A stretch of 64,000 nucleotides of DNA from Escherichia coli (GCF_046105845.1 NZ_CP151004.1), one strand, 5' to 3'; shown: positions 47,715 to 58,731, counted from the stretch's first letter. The notes: generated by a model not told the origin, from the letters alone. Made by a program: numbers and translations.

Positions 47715-47995
47715 GGGTTAATTCCCTTTGGTAAGATTTTTTCGACATCGGTATGTGGGCGGGGAATAATGTGCACGGCTTTTACTTCGCCGACGTTACG
47801 CGCAGCTGCGGCACCTGCGTCTGTTGCCGCTTTTACCGCCCCGACATCACCACGAACGATGACGGTCACCAGCCCGGAACCTATTTTTTCGTAGCCGACC
47901 AGCAAAACATTTGCCGACTTCACCATGGCGTCTGCGGCCTCTATGGCGGCAGTTAAGCCTTTGGTTTCTACCATTCCTAACGCTTCTTGTTGCAT
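47711..47995 (-). CDS. pduA: BMC shell protein PduA
   Basis: 94 aa canonical BMC hexamer protein; first gene of the pdu operon. Confidence 0.96.
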   Translation of the reverse strand: MQQEALGMVETKGLTAAIEAADAMVKSANVLLVGYEKIGSGLVTVIVRGDVGAVKAATDAGAAAARNVGEVKAVHIIPRPHTDVEKILPKGINP

Positions 47996-48506
47996 AAAGA
48001 CCTCGCCTGGATTTTTTTGACGATATGACTATAAAAAAAAACGAGGAAAAAGAATGGCTGACTTAATCGGCTAATCAGAAAAATTAATAGAGAACAAATA
48101 TTATAAAATTGCTTTTATGAACTATATGTTGTTAATTTATTAGTTGTTTTGTGGATATTTCAATGTGAATTAATTGCGTTGGCTAGTGAGTTTAATCGCG
48201 AGTAATATTTCGTTGAGTTTGGTTCGAGGAAGGAACTGTGATATTTGTTTCAATTTTATTATGTCATGATGGCAATTTTTTACTGTAAAAGTTTGGTGGA
48301 AATTATTACTTTCAACACTGATTAACGCTGTGTTGCATGATTCGGCAATGACAATAATTTGTTATGTTAGCACGATTTTTACACGAGTCTGTCATGCATG
48401 TTAGCAATATTTTCTGCAGAGCAATTTTTTATAGTTGCGCTCGATATACACAACAATCAGCGCATAGTTGGCTGATAAAGAAAAACTCCGTAAAGAAGGT
48501 GTCACT
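47996..48506. promoter_or_regulatory. divergent pdu / pduF-pocR control region
   Basis: About 510 nt AT-rich non-coding DNA between divergently oriented pduA and pduF; in Salmonella the equivalent region carries the PocR-dependent pdu promoter. Confidence 0.5.
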
Positions 48507-49316
48507 ATGAATGATTCACTCAAGGCGCAATGCGTTGCCGAGTTTTTGGGCACCGGACTGTTCCTCTTTTTTGGCATTGGTTGTTTGTGCGCCCTGAAAC
48601 TTGCCGGGGCAAGTCTGGGACTGTGGGAAATTTGTATCATTTGGGGGTTAGGGATTTCGCTTGCTGTTTACCTTACGGCAGGTATTTCCGGCGCTCATCT
48701 CAACCCGGCTGTTACCATTGCTCTGTGGCTGTTTGCCTCTTTCCCTGCCCGTAAAGTGCTGCCATTTTGTGTGGCGCAATTAGCGGGTGCCTTTGGTGGT
48801 GCGGTTCTGGCATATTTTCTCTACAGCAGTTTGTTTACCGATTTTGAATCTGCTCACAATATGGTGCGTGGTAGTGCAGAAAGTTTACAACTCGCCAGTA
48901 TCTTCAGTACTTATCCGGCAGCGGCGATTAATGTATGGCAAGCTGCGTTGGTCGAAGTGGTCATAACGTCCATGTTAATGGGGTTGATTATGGCGTTGAC
49001 CGATGACGGTAATGGCGTACCCAAAGGACCGCTTGCGCCTTTACTTATTGGTATTCTGGTTGCTGTTATTGGTGCTTCTACCGGACCATTAACCGGTTTT
49101 GCCATGAATCCAGCGCGTGATTTTGGACCTAAAATTTTCACCTGGCTTGCGGGTTGGGGGGAAATTGCGATGACTGGTGGACGCAATATTCCTTATTTCA
49201 TTGTACCCATTATTGCACCGATCATTGGCGCATGTGTTGGTGCGGCGATTTATCGCTATCTCATTGCAAAGAATTTACCTGTCAATAGTGTAACGCCTAA
49301 AGAAATTAGCGAATAA
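48507..49316 (+). CDS. pduF: propanediol diffusion facilitator (MIP/aquaglyceroporin family)
   Basis: 269 aa from MNDSLKAQC; two NPA motifs (HLNPAVT, MNPARD); ORF-track start 13 codons upstream. Confidence 0.93.
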   Translation: MNDSLKAQCVAEFLGTGLFLFFGIGCLCALKLAGASLGLWEICIIWGLGISLAVYLTAGISGAHLNPAVTIALWLFASFPARKVLPFCVAQLAGAFGGAVLAYFLYSSLFTDFESAHNMVRGSAESLQLASIFSTYPAAAINVWQAALVEVVITSMLMGLIMALTDDGNGVPKGPLAPLLIGILVAVIGASTGPLTGFAMNPARDFGPKIFTWLAGWGEIAMTGGRNIPYFIVPIIAPIIGACVGAAIYRYLIAKNLPVNSVTPKEISE

Positions 49317-49518
49317 CGAAATAATCTGGCAGTTATAAACGTTTATTTTTTTACTGTTTGTGATCTGCTTTCCGAACTTATTAAAAAGTCTCCCGCTTCA
49401 CGGAGGCTTTTGTTATTGTCCTTTGTGCTTCTCGTCAGTAAATCATCAGGGATGATGTGAAGATTAAATGTAAAACAATTGTTTTGCTATAACAATAAAT
49501 TAACTGGGAGGTTTTATC

Positions 49519-50433
49519 ATGATTTCTGCGGCGACACTTAATTCAGAACTCATTAATAAAATCGCGCAGGATTTTGCGCAGGCGACCAGCCTTGCGGTTG
49601 TCGTGGTCAATATTCACGGCGATGAAATTTCCGAGCTGTTTAACTTCACTCCATTTTGTCAGATGATGCGGCAACACCCTCAGCTAAGCACTCGATGTCG
49701 CATGAGCGATCGTTGTGGGGGCTTGGAAGCCTCTAAATCCGATCAGCCTTGTATTTATCGCTGTCATGCCGGATTAACCGATTTCTCTATTCCACTGGTA
49801 ATCGCCGGGCATTTAGTCGGTTTTGTATTGTGCGGGCAAGTTCGTCTGCGTAATGATGATGTCGATTTGGTCGATATTCTGAATGTCGATGATTGCTGGC
49901 AGGCAGATCCCGAATTACTTAATGAATTCCGCAAAGTTCCTGAGATGGATTACTCAAGAGTTATGGCCTCTGCTGATTTGTTGAAGTTGATTGTGGAAAA
50001 TTGCCTCAAAAAACAACTCAATTTTGTGGTTATTAAAGAGAACAAATCTCAGTCAGATTCGGTGCGCCAGACTCGTGCGCCTAATCCCCACGACAATAAA
50101 ATGAAAAAAGCTTTACGCTATATTGATGCGCATTTATCAGACGATTTGCGTCTGGAAGATGTCGCCTCACACGTTTATCTAAGCCCTTATTATTTCAGTA
50201 AGTTATTTAAGAAATACCATGGAATCGGGTTTAATGCGTGGGTAAACCAACAACGGATGGCCAGCGCTCGTGAGTTACTGTGCCATAGTGACTGGAGCAT
50301 CGCCAGCATTGCGCGTAATTTAGGTTTTTCACAAACAAGTTATTTTTGCAAAGTTTTCCGTCAGACTTATCAGGTTACGCCGCAGGTGTATCGACAGCAA
50401 GTGAGTGATAATGCGGCGATGGAAACGGTATAG
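49519..50433 (+). CDS. pocR: AraC-family activator of pdu/cob regulon
   Basis: 304 aa; C-terminal AraC HTH; matches Salmonella PocR as I recall it. Confidence 0.94.
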   Translation: MISAATLNSELINKIAQDFAQATSLAVVVVNIHGDEISELFNFTPFCQMMRQHPQLSTRCRMSDRCGGLEASKSDQPCIYRCHAGLTDFSIPLVIAGHLVGFVLCGQVRLRNDDVDLVDILNVDDCWQADPELLNEFRKVPEMDYSRVMASADLLKLIVENCLKKQLNFVVIKENKSQSDSVRQTRAPNPHDNKMKKALRYIDAHLSDDLRLEDVASHVYLSPYYFSKLFKKYHGIGFNAWVNQQRMASARELLCHSDWSIASIARNLGFSQTSYFCKVFRQTYQVTPQVYRQQVSDNAAMETV

Positions 50434-50544
50434 AGTAAATGCCCCAAAAAAAGAGGACGGTTTAAATAAACTCTGCAATGAATAATTAACGTTATTTACC
50501 TGTTATGGGAAAAGTGAAATCAGCTCATAACATACGCTGACAGG

Positions 50545-50760
50545 TGTGGCACATTTGTGCCTGGGAAGAGGGTGAAAATCCCTCGCAGCCCCCGCTGCTG
50601 TAATGCTGACAAACCCGAAAATGCCACTGATCGCGAGATTGGGAAGGTCGGGAGAGGATGACGCTAAGCCAGAAGACCAGCCAGTCAGTCAATACCAACA
50701 ACTTCGGTGGGAAGTGGGTTGCCCGGAAGCGTCCGGTAGAGTACCGGCGCGTCTTTATAC
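50545..50760 (+). promoter_or_regulatory. cobalamin (B12) riboswitch-like leader
   Basis: Contains GGTGAAAATCCC, GCAGCCCCCGCTGCTGTAATG, B12-box GCCACTG, GGGAAGG and AAGCCAGAAGACC elements in the order typical of cobalamin riboswitches. Confidence 0.6.
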
Positions 50761-50917
50761 CCCTACCACCCTGAAAGGATCAGGGTATGGCGGCATCATT
50801 TAGTTCTTTCATCGCAGTGCCGACAGGCACCAGGGCTGCACTTAAGGTGTGGCAATCTTGTTTCATGGCTCATCAACCAGACCGCCATTACAGGAAACTA
50901 AGTGGAGGGCGAGAGGC

Positions 50918-51355
50918 ATGAAAACGATAAAACCCGAATCGATAGCTCTTTTTTGCCTCTTATCTGGAGATGTGGATCTGGCGAAATATCTGGCTGAAAT
51001 ATTGCCAATAACCTGTTTTGTTGGTGAGGACTGGCAGCAAGATTTCCAGCCTCTTGATGGTGGGTCTGTGCAATCGTTATCAGATGTGTATGGCGATTAT
51101 TCAGTGCTGCTATTGATAGCAGCTGAAAGCGAGATATCCGTACCAGAATGGCTCGCTCATTCTGAAGGAACGACGGTAATTGTGATTGCAGAACACAATG
51201 CCCGTTTGCTGACTGGTCCGGCTGGTGGGGCTGTAGCATTGATCCATTATCTGAATGAAATCTGTCATTCCAGAGAAACCGCTGTCAATGACGCATTTTG
51301 TCGTACGTTAACACGAGGAAGTCTGGCTATTCCGCAATGCCATCTTCTTTCGTAA
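50918..51355 (+). CDS. hypothetical protein downstream of the B12 leader (possible cbi remnant or novel ORF)
   Basis: ORF 50849..51355; internal ATG at 50918 preceded by GGAGGG; no family recognised by eye. Confidence 0.3.
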   Translation: MKTIKPESIALFCLLSGDVDLAKYLAEILPITCFVGEDWQQDFQPLDGGSVQSLSDVYGDYSVLLLIAAESEISVPEWLAHSEGTTVIVIAEHNARLLTGPAGGAVALIHYLNEICHSRETAVNDAFCRTLTRGSLAIPQCHLLS

Positions 51356-51488
51356 TGGATTGAGAATGCTGGATTTTTAATTATATTACGCGCAGTATTA
51401 ATCGCGTAAATGTTTTGCGGTCAGCAACGGTGGGGGATCCATTGTTCTGTTCAATGAATACCATCATACAATTGAATCAGGAGTCGGT

Positions 51489-52034
51489 ATGATGATTTTG
51501 GTGACAGGTGGAGCACGGAGCGGGAAGAGTCGCCATGCAGAGGCGCTTATTGGGGACTCTTCACAGGTTCTGTATATCGCCACCTCGCAAATCCTTGATG
51601 ATGAGATGGCTGCACGGATAGAACATCATCGGAAAGGCCGCCCGGCGCACTGGCGCACGGTGGAGCGTTGGCAACATCTTGATGAATTAATTCATGCAGA
51701 CATTAACCCGCATGAAGCTGTGTTGCTGGAATGCGTTACCACAATGGTGACTAATCTGTTGTTTGATTATGGCGGAGATAAAGACCCTGATGAATGGGAT
51801 TATCAGGCGATGGAACAGGCAATTAATGCTGAGATTCAGTCGTTGATTGCTGCCTGCCAACGTTGCCCCGCGAAGATTGTATTAGTGACTAACGAAGTGG
51901 GAATGGGGATTGTGCCGGAGAGTCGTCTGGCACGACATTTTCGTGATATTGCCGGGCGGGTAAATCAGCAACTGGCCGCTGCGGCAAATGAAGTGTGGCT
52001 GGTGGTTTCGGGTATTGGAGTAAAAATCAAATGA
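51489..52034 (+). CDS. cobU: adenosylcobinamide kinase / adenosylcobinamide-phosphate guanylyltransferase
   Basis: 181 aa; P-loop GGARSGKS. Confidence 0.96.
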   Translation: MMILVTGGARSGKSRHAEALIGDSSQVLYIATSQILDDEMAARIEHHRKGRPAHWRTVERWQHLDELIHADINPHEAVLLECVTTMVTNLLFDYGGDKDPDEWDYQAMEQAINAEIQSLIAACQRCPAKIVLVTNEVGMGIVPESRLARHFRDIAGRVNQQLAAAANEVWLVVSGIGVKIK

Positions 52035-52774
52035 GTAAATTATTTTGGGCGATGCTCTCTTTTATTACGCGTCTGCCTGTGCCGCGTCGCTGGTCCCAGG
52101 GACTGGATTTCGAGCATTATTCTCGCGGTATTATTACTTTTCCTTTAATTGGTTTATTGCTTGGCGCGATTAGCGGGCTGGTCTTCATGGCGTTGCAGGC
52201 ATGGTTTGGCGTACCACTGGCGGCACTGTTTAGCGTGCTGGTGCTGGCGCTGATGACCGGGGGATTCCACCTGGACGGCCTCGCCGATACCTGTGATGGC
52301 GTATTTTCTGCACGTAGCCGCGATCGCATGTTGGAAATCATGCGTGATAGTCGTTTAGGCACCCACGGCGGTCTGGCATTGATTTTTGTTGTACTGGCAA
52401 AGATTCTGGTGTTAAGCGAATTGGCTCTGCGTGGCGAACCGATCCTTGCATCGCTGGCGGCAGCATGCGCGGTTAGCCGCGGGACTGCCGCATTATTGAT
52501 GTATCGTCATCGTTATGCCCGGGAAGAAGGGCTTGGCAATGTGTTCATTGGCAAAATTGATGGGCGACAAACCTGCGTCACACTCGGCTTAGCCGCTATT
52601 TTTGCTGCCGTATTATTGCCGGGTATGCATGGTGTGGCTGCTATGGTGGTGACGATGGTGGCGATTTTCATCCTCGGTCAGCTTCTCAAACGTACGCTGG
52701 GCGGGCAAACCGGCGATACGCTGGGAGCAGCCATAGAGCTTGGTGAACTGGTCTTCCTGCTGGCACTGCTATAA
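52031..52774 (+). CDS. cobS: cobalamin 5'-phosphate synthase
   Basis: 247 aa membrane protein from MSKLFWAML; ATGA overlap with cobU stop. Confidence 0.95.
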   Translation: MSKLFWAMLSFITRLPVPRRWSQGLDFEHYSRGIITFPLIGLLLGAISGLVFMALQAWFGVPLAALFSVLVLALMTGGFHLDGLADTCDGVFSARSRDRMLEIMRDSRLGTHGGLALIFVVLAKILVLSELALRGEPILASLAAACAVSRGTAALLMYRHRYAREEGLGNVFIGKIDGRQTCVTLGLAAIFAAVLLPGMHGVAAMVVTMVAIFILGQLLKRTLGGQTGDTLGAAIELGELVFLLALL

Positions 52775-52785
52775 AGAGACGTGAC

Positions 52786-53865
52786 ATGCAAACACTTGCC
52801 AATTTACTGAATACGATCCCTGCCATCGATCCTGCCACTATGTCGCGTGCACAACGGCATATTGACGGGTTACTCAAACCTGTTGGTAGCCTGGGAAGGC
52901 TGGAGGCGCTTGGCGTACAACTGGCGGGAATGCCGGGGTTGAATGGCATACCGCATGTGGGCAAAAAAGCGGTACTGGTTATGTGTGCCGATCACGGCGT
53001 CTGGGAGGAAGGGGTCGCTATTTCCCCAAAAGAAGTCACAGCCATTCAGGCTGAAAATATGACCCGCGGAACAACCGGCGTGTGTGTGCTGGCAGCACAA
53101 GCGGGCGCTAACGTCCACGTAATTGATGTTGGTATTGATACTGCTGAGCCTATCCCCGGGCTTATCAACATGCGTGTCGCACGAGGTAGCGGCAATATTG
53201 CTTCAGCTCCGGCAATGAGTCGCCGTCAGGCTGAAACGTTGCTTTTGGACGTCATATGCTATACGCGGGAGCTGGCAAAAAACGGTGTCACGCTGTTTGG
53301 TGTAGGTGAACTGGGGATGGCAAACACGACACCGGCAGCGGCGATAGTGAGCACAATCACTGGCCTGGATCCTGAAGAAGTGGTTGGGATTGGCGCAAAC
53401 CTGCCGACAGATAAACTGGCTAATAAAATTGATGTTGTGCGACGGGCGATTACGTTGAATCAACCAAATCCGCAGGATGGCGTTGATGTCCTGGCAAAAG
53501 TGGGTGGATTTGATTTGGTCGGAATGGCTGGCGTGATGTTAGGCGCTGCGTCCTGCGGTTTACCGGTGTTGCTGGATGGATTTCTTTCTTATGCTGCCGC
53601 GCTCGCAGCCTGCCAGATGTCTCCTGCAATCAAACCGTATCTCATTCCTTCTCACCTGTCGGCAGAAAAAGGGGCGCGTATAGCGCTGTCGCATTTGGGG
53701 CTGGAGCCTTATCTCAATATGGATATGCGTTTAGGTGAGGGAAGTGGCGCAGCTCTGGCGATGCCCATCATCGAAGCTGCCTGTGCGATATACAACAGCA
53801 TGGGCGAACTTGCTGCCAGTAATATTGTTCTACCGGGGAATACGACTTCTGATTTGAACAGTTAA
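52786..53865 (+). CDS. cobT: nicotinate-nucleotide:dimethylbenzimidazole phosphoribosyltransferase
   Basis: 359 aa; matches CobT. Confidence 0.96.
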   Translation: MQTLANLLNTIPAIDPATMSRAQRHIDGLLKPVGSLGRLEALGVQLAGMPGLNGIPHVGKKAVLVMCADHGVWEEGVAISPKEVTAIQAENMTRGTTGVCVLAAQAGANVHVIDVGIDTAEPIPGLINMRVARGSGNIASAPAMSRRQAETLLLDVICYTRELAKNGVTLFGVGELGMANTTPAAAIVSTITGLDPEEVVGIGANLPTDKLANKIDVVRRAITLNQPNPQDGVDVLAKVGGFDLVGMAGVMLGAASCGLPVLLDGFLSYAAALAACQMSPAIKPYLIPSHLSAEKGARIALSHLGLEPYLNMDMRLGEGSGAALAMPIIEAACAIYNSMGELAASNIVLPGNTTSDLNS

Positions 53866-53926
53866 AAACGAAAAGTCTGATAAAAGCTATACTTAACTGA
53901 TAGCTTTCGCGACTTAGGAAAGGGAC

Positions 53927-54853
53927 ATGATGCGTCGTGTAAATATTTTTTGGTCATTTGCTCTACTTTTTGCCAGCCATAATAGCCTGGCGGTAACTTA
54001 TCCATTACCTCCAGAGGGTAGCCGTTTAGTGGGACAGTCGCTTACTGTAACTGTTCCTGATCACAATACCCAGCCGCTGGAGACTTTTGCCGCACAATAC
54101 GGGCAAGGGTTAAGTAACATGCTGGAAGCGAATCCGGGCGCTGATGTTTTCTTGCCGAAGTCAGGCTCGCAACTCACCATTCCGCAGCAACTGATTTTGC
54201 CCGCCACTGTTCGTAAAGGGATTGTGATTAACGTCGCTGAGATGCGTCTTTATTACTACCCACCAGACAGTAATACTGTGGAGGTTTTTCCTATTGGTAT
54301 CGGCCAGGCTGGGCGAGAAACCCCGCGTAACTGGGTGACTACCGTTGAACGTAAACAAGAAGCACCAACCTGGACGCCAACGCCGAACACCCGGCGCGAA
54401 TATGCGAAACGAGGGGAGAGTTTGCCCGCATTTGTTCCTGCGGGGCCCGATAATCCCATGGGGCTGTACGCGATTTATATTGGCAGGCTATATGCCATCC
54501 ACGGTACCAATGCCAATTTTGGTATTGGGCTCCGGGTAAGTCAGGGCTGTATTCGTCTGCGCAATGACGATATCAAATATCTGTTTGATAATGTTCCTGT
54601 AGGTACTCGTGTTCAAATTATTGATCAGCCAGTGAAATACACAATGGAACCGGATGGTTCAAAGTGGCTGGAAGTTCATGAGCCGCTGTCGCGCAATCGT
54701 GCAGAATATGATTCTGACCGAAAAGTGCCATTGCCGGTAACCCCATCTTTGCGGGCGTTTATCAACGGGCAAGAAGTTGATGTAAATCGCGCAAATGTTG
54801 CGTTGCAACGTCGATCGGGAATGCCTGTGAATATCAACCGTAACGGATTTTGA
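53927..54853 (+). CDS. ldtA: L,D-transpeptidase (YkuD domain)
   Basis: 308 aa; signal peptide; catalytic SQGCIRL motif; position after cobT matches erfK/ldtA. Confidence 0.92.
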   Translation: MMRRVNIFWSFALLFASHNSLAVTYPLPPEGSRLVGQSLTVTVPDHNTQPLETFAAQYGQGLSNMLEANPGADVFLPKSGSQLTIPQQLILPATVRKGIVINVAEMRLYYYPPDSNTVEVFPIGIGQAGRETPRNWVTTVERKQEAPTWTPTPNTRREYAKRGESLPAFVPAGPDNPMGLYAIYIGRLYAIHGTNANFGIGLRVSQGCIRLRNDDIKYLFDNVPVGTRVQIIDQPVKYTMEPDGSKWLEVHEPLSRNRAEYDSDRKVPLPVTPSLRAFINGQEVDVNRANVALQRRSGMPVNINRNGF

Positions 54854-55014
54854 CATTCAAAACGTCTGGTTTGTCGGTCTGTGTAAGCATTCCGTCATGC
54901 AGAACAGGTTGTTTCGAATCATACAAATGATAATTTTCTTCTCATATGCGCATCTCTTATGAGCATAAACGTTATACTCTTCTGATTTATACATGTTTGC
55001 GGATGACATGATCA

Positions 55015-55992
55015 ATGGAAAAGAGAATGACGAAACAGAATAAAAACAGCCGTTGGCAGGGTTACGATCCTCGTTACATATACTCGCTCGTGGTCAGACG
55101 CTATTTTGCGGATATGAAAACCAAGATTGAGATTGCTGAGGAGCTTGGCGTTTCCCGCTTTAAAGTTGCCAGATTGATCGATGAGGCGATCGAACAGGAT
55201 TACGTGAGGTTTATCTTCCCTAAGCAGCAAGCGATGGATGAAGAAATCGCCAATAATCTACGGAAAAAATTTCATCTGGAAGATGCAATTGTTCTTTCAG
55301 TTGCTGAATCATGGACGACGCAAGAAGAACTCAATCACAAATTGGGTGAAGTCACCGCTGAATATCTTACGCAATCTCTTCATGAAGGTATGAAAGTGGG
55401 GATCGCCTGGGGACGTGTATTATCAAGTACGGTCAGTAAGTTGAGCAAGCTGCCTCCTTTAGACGTTGTGCAGTTATCTGGCGTACATCCGGGGATTGAG
55501 TTTAGTCAAGGGCCAATAGATCTTATTCATAAGATCGCTGCCATTTCGCAGGGAAAAGCGCACCCAATGTACGTGCCGATGTGGGTCGATGACGAAGAGC
55601 TTGCTGCCAGACTGGCAGGTGATCCTGCGGTATTAGATACACAGCAATATTACTCACAGTTGGATGTGGTTATCACCGGGATAGGTGACTGGAAATCAGG
55701 TTCTTCAAGCTTGTGTAAAATATTTCCGGATACCTGGTGCGAAGCTTTGTTTCAACAAGATATCGCTGCGGATGTGTGTATCTCGTTGGTCAGCAGGGAA
55801 GGGAAGATTCTTCATAGTCCTATTGAACGTCTGGGATTTGGCATTTCGACGGATCAACTACAAAAAGCCAAAAAAGTGATTGGTGTCGCCGGAGGGGAAG
55901 AGAAATATGAAGGCATTCTTGCTTCGCTGAAATCTGGACTTTTGAATGTCTTAATTACTGATTTTGATACGGCCATTAAACTTCTGGATTAA
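55015..55992 (+). CDS. SorC-family transcriptional regulator (sugar-binding domain)
   Basis: 325 aa; N-terminal HTH (IAEELGVSRFKVARLI) and C-terminal sugar-binding domain. Confidence 0.8.
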   Translation: MEKRMTKQNKNSRWQGYDPRYIYSLVVRRYFADMKTKIEIAEELGVSRFKVARLIDEAIEQDYVRFIFPKQQAMDEEIANNLRKKFHLEDAIVLSVAESWTTQEELNHKLGEVTAEYLTQSLHEGMKVGIAWGRVLSSTVSKLSKLPPLDVVQLSGVHPGIEFSQGPIDLIHKIAAISQGKAHPMYVPMWVDDEELAARLAGDPAVLDTQQYYSQLDVVITGIGDWKSGSSSLCKIFPDTWCEALFQQDIAADVCISLVSREGKILHSPIERLGFGISTDQLQKAKKVIGVAGGEEKYEGILASLKSGLLNVLITDFDTAIKLLD

Positions 55993-56043
55993 TAGCCGTA
56001 TCTGTGAAGAAAGGGCAGTACCGCTGATTCTGCCCTTTTAATT

Positions 56044-56502
56044 TCAGGATGCTGCGAGCGTATCCTCTACATATTTAGCCACGCGCGTTGCAGGTAAATT
56101 GCGGCAAGTCTCAACAAAGGCGTTATCCTGAAACAGTGTGAATAAACGACGCAATATCGACATATGTTGATCACTGGTGGCAAATGCCAGGTTAAACATA
56201 ATGCTACAATCAACTGTTAAAGCAGCATCTTCCATCTGTCCGAAAGTGACATCATTGGAGAAACGAACAATACTGATGCTGTTTACATTTACCAGCGTGT
56301 AATCGGCATGGGGAATGGCGATACCCTGACCGTTTGCCATCATTAATCCTGTCGGATAGCTTTTTTCACGTTCCAGACAGGCGTCAATGTATTCTGCAGT
56401 GATGTAGCCTTTTTCCAATAATTGCGTACCAGCAAAGGTGATCGCCGTTTGATAGTCGTTGATGCTGTTATCAACATCATTTACCAGAATTTCAAATTTC
56501 AT
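56044..56502 (-). CDS. PTS EIIA component (type 2)
   Basis: 152 aa; conserved phosphorylatable His in GIAIPHAD. Confidence 0.85.
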   Translation of the reverse strand: MKFEILVNDVDNSINDYQTAITFAGTQLLEKGYITAEYIDACLEREKSYPTGLMMANGQGIAIPHADYTLVNVNSISIVRFSNDVTFGQMEDAALTVDCSIMFNLAFATSDQHMSILRRLFTLFQDNAFVETCRNLPATRVAKYVEDTLAAS

Positions 56503-56512
56503 TGCACACCTG

Positions 56513-56797
56513 TTATTTCAGTATCTCTTCTTTAACTGCAGCGAAAATCTCATCTTCGCCCAGACCAGTCAGTAATCCAGCGCCAACGATGACACGAGTA
56601 GTAATGGCCGGGTTATCGAGTTTGGTCGATGAAACCACCAGGTCATAGCTGTTGAAGGTATCGCTGGTGCATGCCATTAACGAAGATTTATCGACTTGCG
56701 CTTCAATTTTCTCTTCTTTCAGTAAGTCCTGCAGTACAGAGACCATGATGGAAGATGAGGCAATTCCGTTTCCGCAAACTACTAAGATTTTTTTCAT
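56513..56797 (-). CDS. PTS EIIB component (galactitol-type)
   Basis: 94 aa; active-site Cys in KILVVCGNGIASS. Confidence 0.85.
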   Translation of the reverse strand: MKKILVVCGNGIASSSIMVSVLQDLLKEEKIEAQVDKSSLMACTSDTFNSYDLVVSSTKLDNPAITTRVIVGAGLLTGLGEDEIFAAVKEEILK

Positions 56798-56820
56798 TTG
56801 ATTATTCCTCTGTAAAAGAT

Positions 56821-58191
56821 TTAAAGCGCTTTTTCTAAATCCGTTTCAATCTGGCGACGTGATTTTTGTTTAATTAAGTATCCAATAGATAACAAAAGGA
56901 TACCTGCCATCACATAGCCAATGATTCCAACATGGCTCAGGGCGGCAAACAGACCAGTAAATGGATTCGCAGACGGGTTAAGCGAAGAGTACATCACGCT
57001 GGCATCCGGGTTTGTACCAAACTTCTGGAAGACTTCGTTGGTAGCCGGTGCCATCCACGATGCAATATACAGACCACCACCGAACAAAATGATCGAGGTC
57101 ACCCAGGTGCGAATAATGTTGCCATTGAAAACAGGCACCATGCAGGCAATGAAAAACACAAACTGAGAGAGGTCACCCAGTGGCATAACGCGGTTGCCGG
57201 GCAAGATCACTGCGAGGATCACAATCACCGGGATCAGTAATAATGCCGGGGCGATAACTGACGGATGACCCACAATCAGGGCAGTGTCCATTCCAACAGT
57301 GATTTGACGATCCGGGAAACGTTTGACCAGTTTTTTGCGTGCCACGTTGGAAAGCGGAACAAGCCCTTCCATCATGATAGAGGTCATACGTGGCAACAGA
57401 AGCATGACTGCAGCCAGATACATCCCTAACTGTAGGCTGGCAATTATGGTGTGGTAGGGGGATTTCCAGCCATAACCACAAAAGCCCAACAAAATACCAA
57501 TAATAAAACCAACCATAGTTGGATCGCCCAGAATGCCAAACCGTTTTTGAATAGTTTCGGCGGTCACATTCAGATTACGGAAGCCTGGGATGCGATCATA
57601 AATCCAGTTGAATGGATAAGCGAAAAGTAAGTAGGTATTGGCAACCGGGTGAGAGATCGCAACACCTTTTGGCAGGTTAAAGAATTTTTCGTTATTTTTA
57701 GCACCGAGATCGGCAGCGATCAGCGCCCAGACATGGAATAGCGCGGCGGTCAATGCGCCATACAGGAAGCTACCAGAATAGACGCCAACAATTGCCCCCA
57801 TTGACGCATTTTGATGAAGGTTGAAAACATCAACGTTAACACAGTCAGTCAGGCGGGCGACCAGCATTGCAATATTTACCGCAACACAGAGGGGAATAAT
57901 GATAGCGCCCATGCTGGAGCCAAATCCCATCACTGCAGTCGCTGCGCCACCAACATCGATGGCACTGAGCGAGGAACCTGTTGCTTCTGCTAATCCGGTG
58001 ACTGCCGGTTGCATTTTTTCCAGCATCAGTTTGATGGTCATGGTTAGCGCAATGAAACCAATGCCGACTTTGATGGCGGAGGAGATACATTCTGAAAGAG
58101 GACGGCCAAGTATCTTCATCAGTACCAGAAAGATGACCGGGATAAATATAAAATTTCCCAGATCGTTTATAAATTGCGTGATCAGTTCCAT
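56821..58191 (-). CDS. PTS EIIC permease (galactitol family)
   Basis: 456 aa polytopic membrane protein. Confidence 0.85.
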   Translation of the reverse strand: MELITQFINDLGNFIFIPVIFLVLMKILGRPLSECISSAIKVGIGFIALTMTIKLMLEKMQPAVTGLAEATGSSLSAIDVGGAATAVMGFGSSMGAIIIPLCVAVNIAMLVARLTDCVNVDVFNLHQNASMGAIVGVYSGSFLYGALTAALFHVWALIAADLGAKNNEKFFNLPKGVAISHPVANTYLLFAYPFNWIYDRIPGFRNLNVTAETIQKRFGILGDPTMVGFIIGILLGFCGYGWKSPYHTIIASLQLGMYLAAVMLLLPRMTSIMMEGLVPLSNVARKKLVKRFPDRQITVGMDTALIVGHPSVIAPALLLIPVIVILAVILPGNRVMPLGDLSQFVFFIACMVPVFNGNIIRTWVTSIILFGGGLYIASWMAPATNEVFQKFGTNPDASVMYSSLNPSANPFTGLFAALSHVGIIGYVMAGILLLSIGYLIKQKSRRQIETDLEKAL

Positions 58192-58194
58192 ACA

Positions 58195-58731
58195 TTAACC
58201 CTCAGATTTTTCATCATCTGGTCGGAAACCCATATTCCAGCGTACATCAGCGGGCTTAACCAGCAATGCATTATCGTTACGTTCAGCTTCTAGTAAGTTC
58301 TTTTTAGAATTTTCTCTGGCGGTGGTGAAGTCGAATGGGTTATCCAACCATGCATCGACAATCATTTTGCTGTATTCGAGATCGTTGACCCGGCAACCCA
58401 GTCCAATAACTTGTGCGTTATTGCTGAGTCGCGCCCGCTTTGCGGAGTAGGGGTTAGTAACCGCAACGGCTCTTATGCCCCAGTGTTTGTTGATCTGACA
58501 AGTAAAGCCAATGCCAGTCCCACAAATGTAAATTCCCAGACGGCACTCATCGCGTTGAATAATGCCTGCCATTTCGTCGGCTAGACGCGCGAAGTTATTG
58601 ACACCTTGTTCCTTACATGTGACGGGATCGTACACGATCTCCATGTTTTTCTCTTCTATGAGGTATTTTTTTATCTCCTCTTTACGTGCAAAACCTACAT
58701 CATCGCTTGCGATAGCAATCTTCGTTTTCAT
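58195..58731 (-). CDS. RpiB/LacAB-family sugar-phosphate isomerase
   Basis: 178 aa; CGTGIGFTCQINKHWGIRAV and KMIVDAWL closely parallel RpiB motifs. Confidence 0.85.
   Translation of the reverse strand: MKTKIAIASDDVGFARKEEIKKYLIEEKNMEIVYDPVTCKEQGVNNFARLADEMAGIIQRDECRLGIYICGTGIGFTCQINKHWGIRAVAVTNPYSAKRARLSNNAQVIGLGCRVNDLEYSKMIVDAWLDNPFDFTTARENSKKNLLEAERNDNALLVKPADVRWNMGFRPDDEKSEG

Noticed and set aside
50603-50803. 66-aa plus-strand ORF
   Set aside because: Falls within the riboswitch-like leader; more plausibly structured RNA than coding sequence.
54854-55014. Possible tRNA-Asn next to erfK/ldtA
   Set aside because: Searched by eye for the GGTTCGAGTCC T-arm motif and its complement on both strands; none found, so no tRNA is called in the window.
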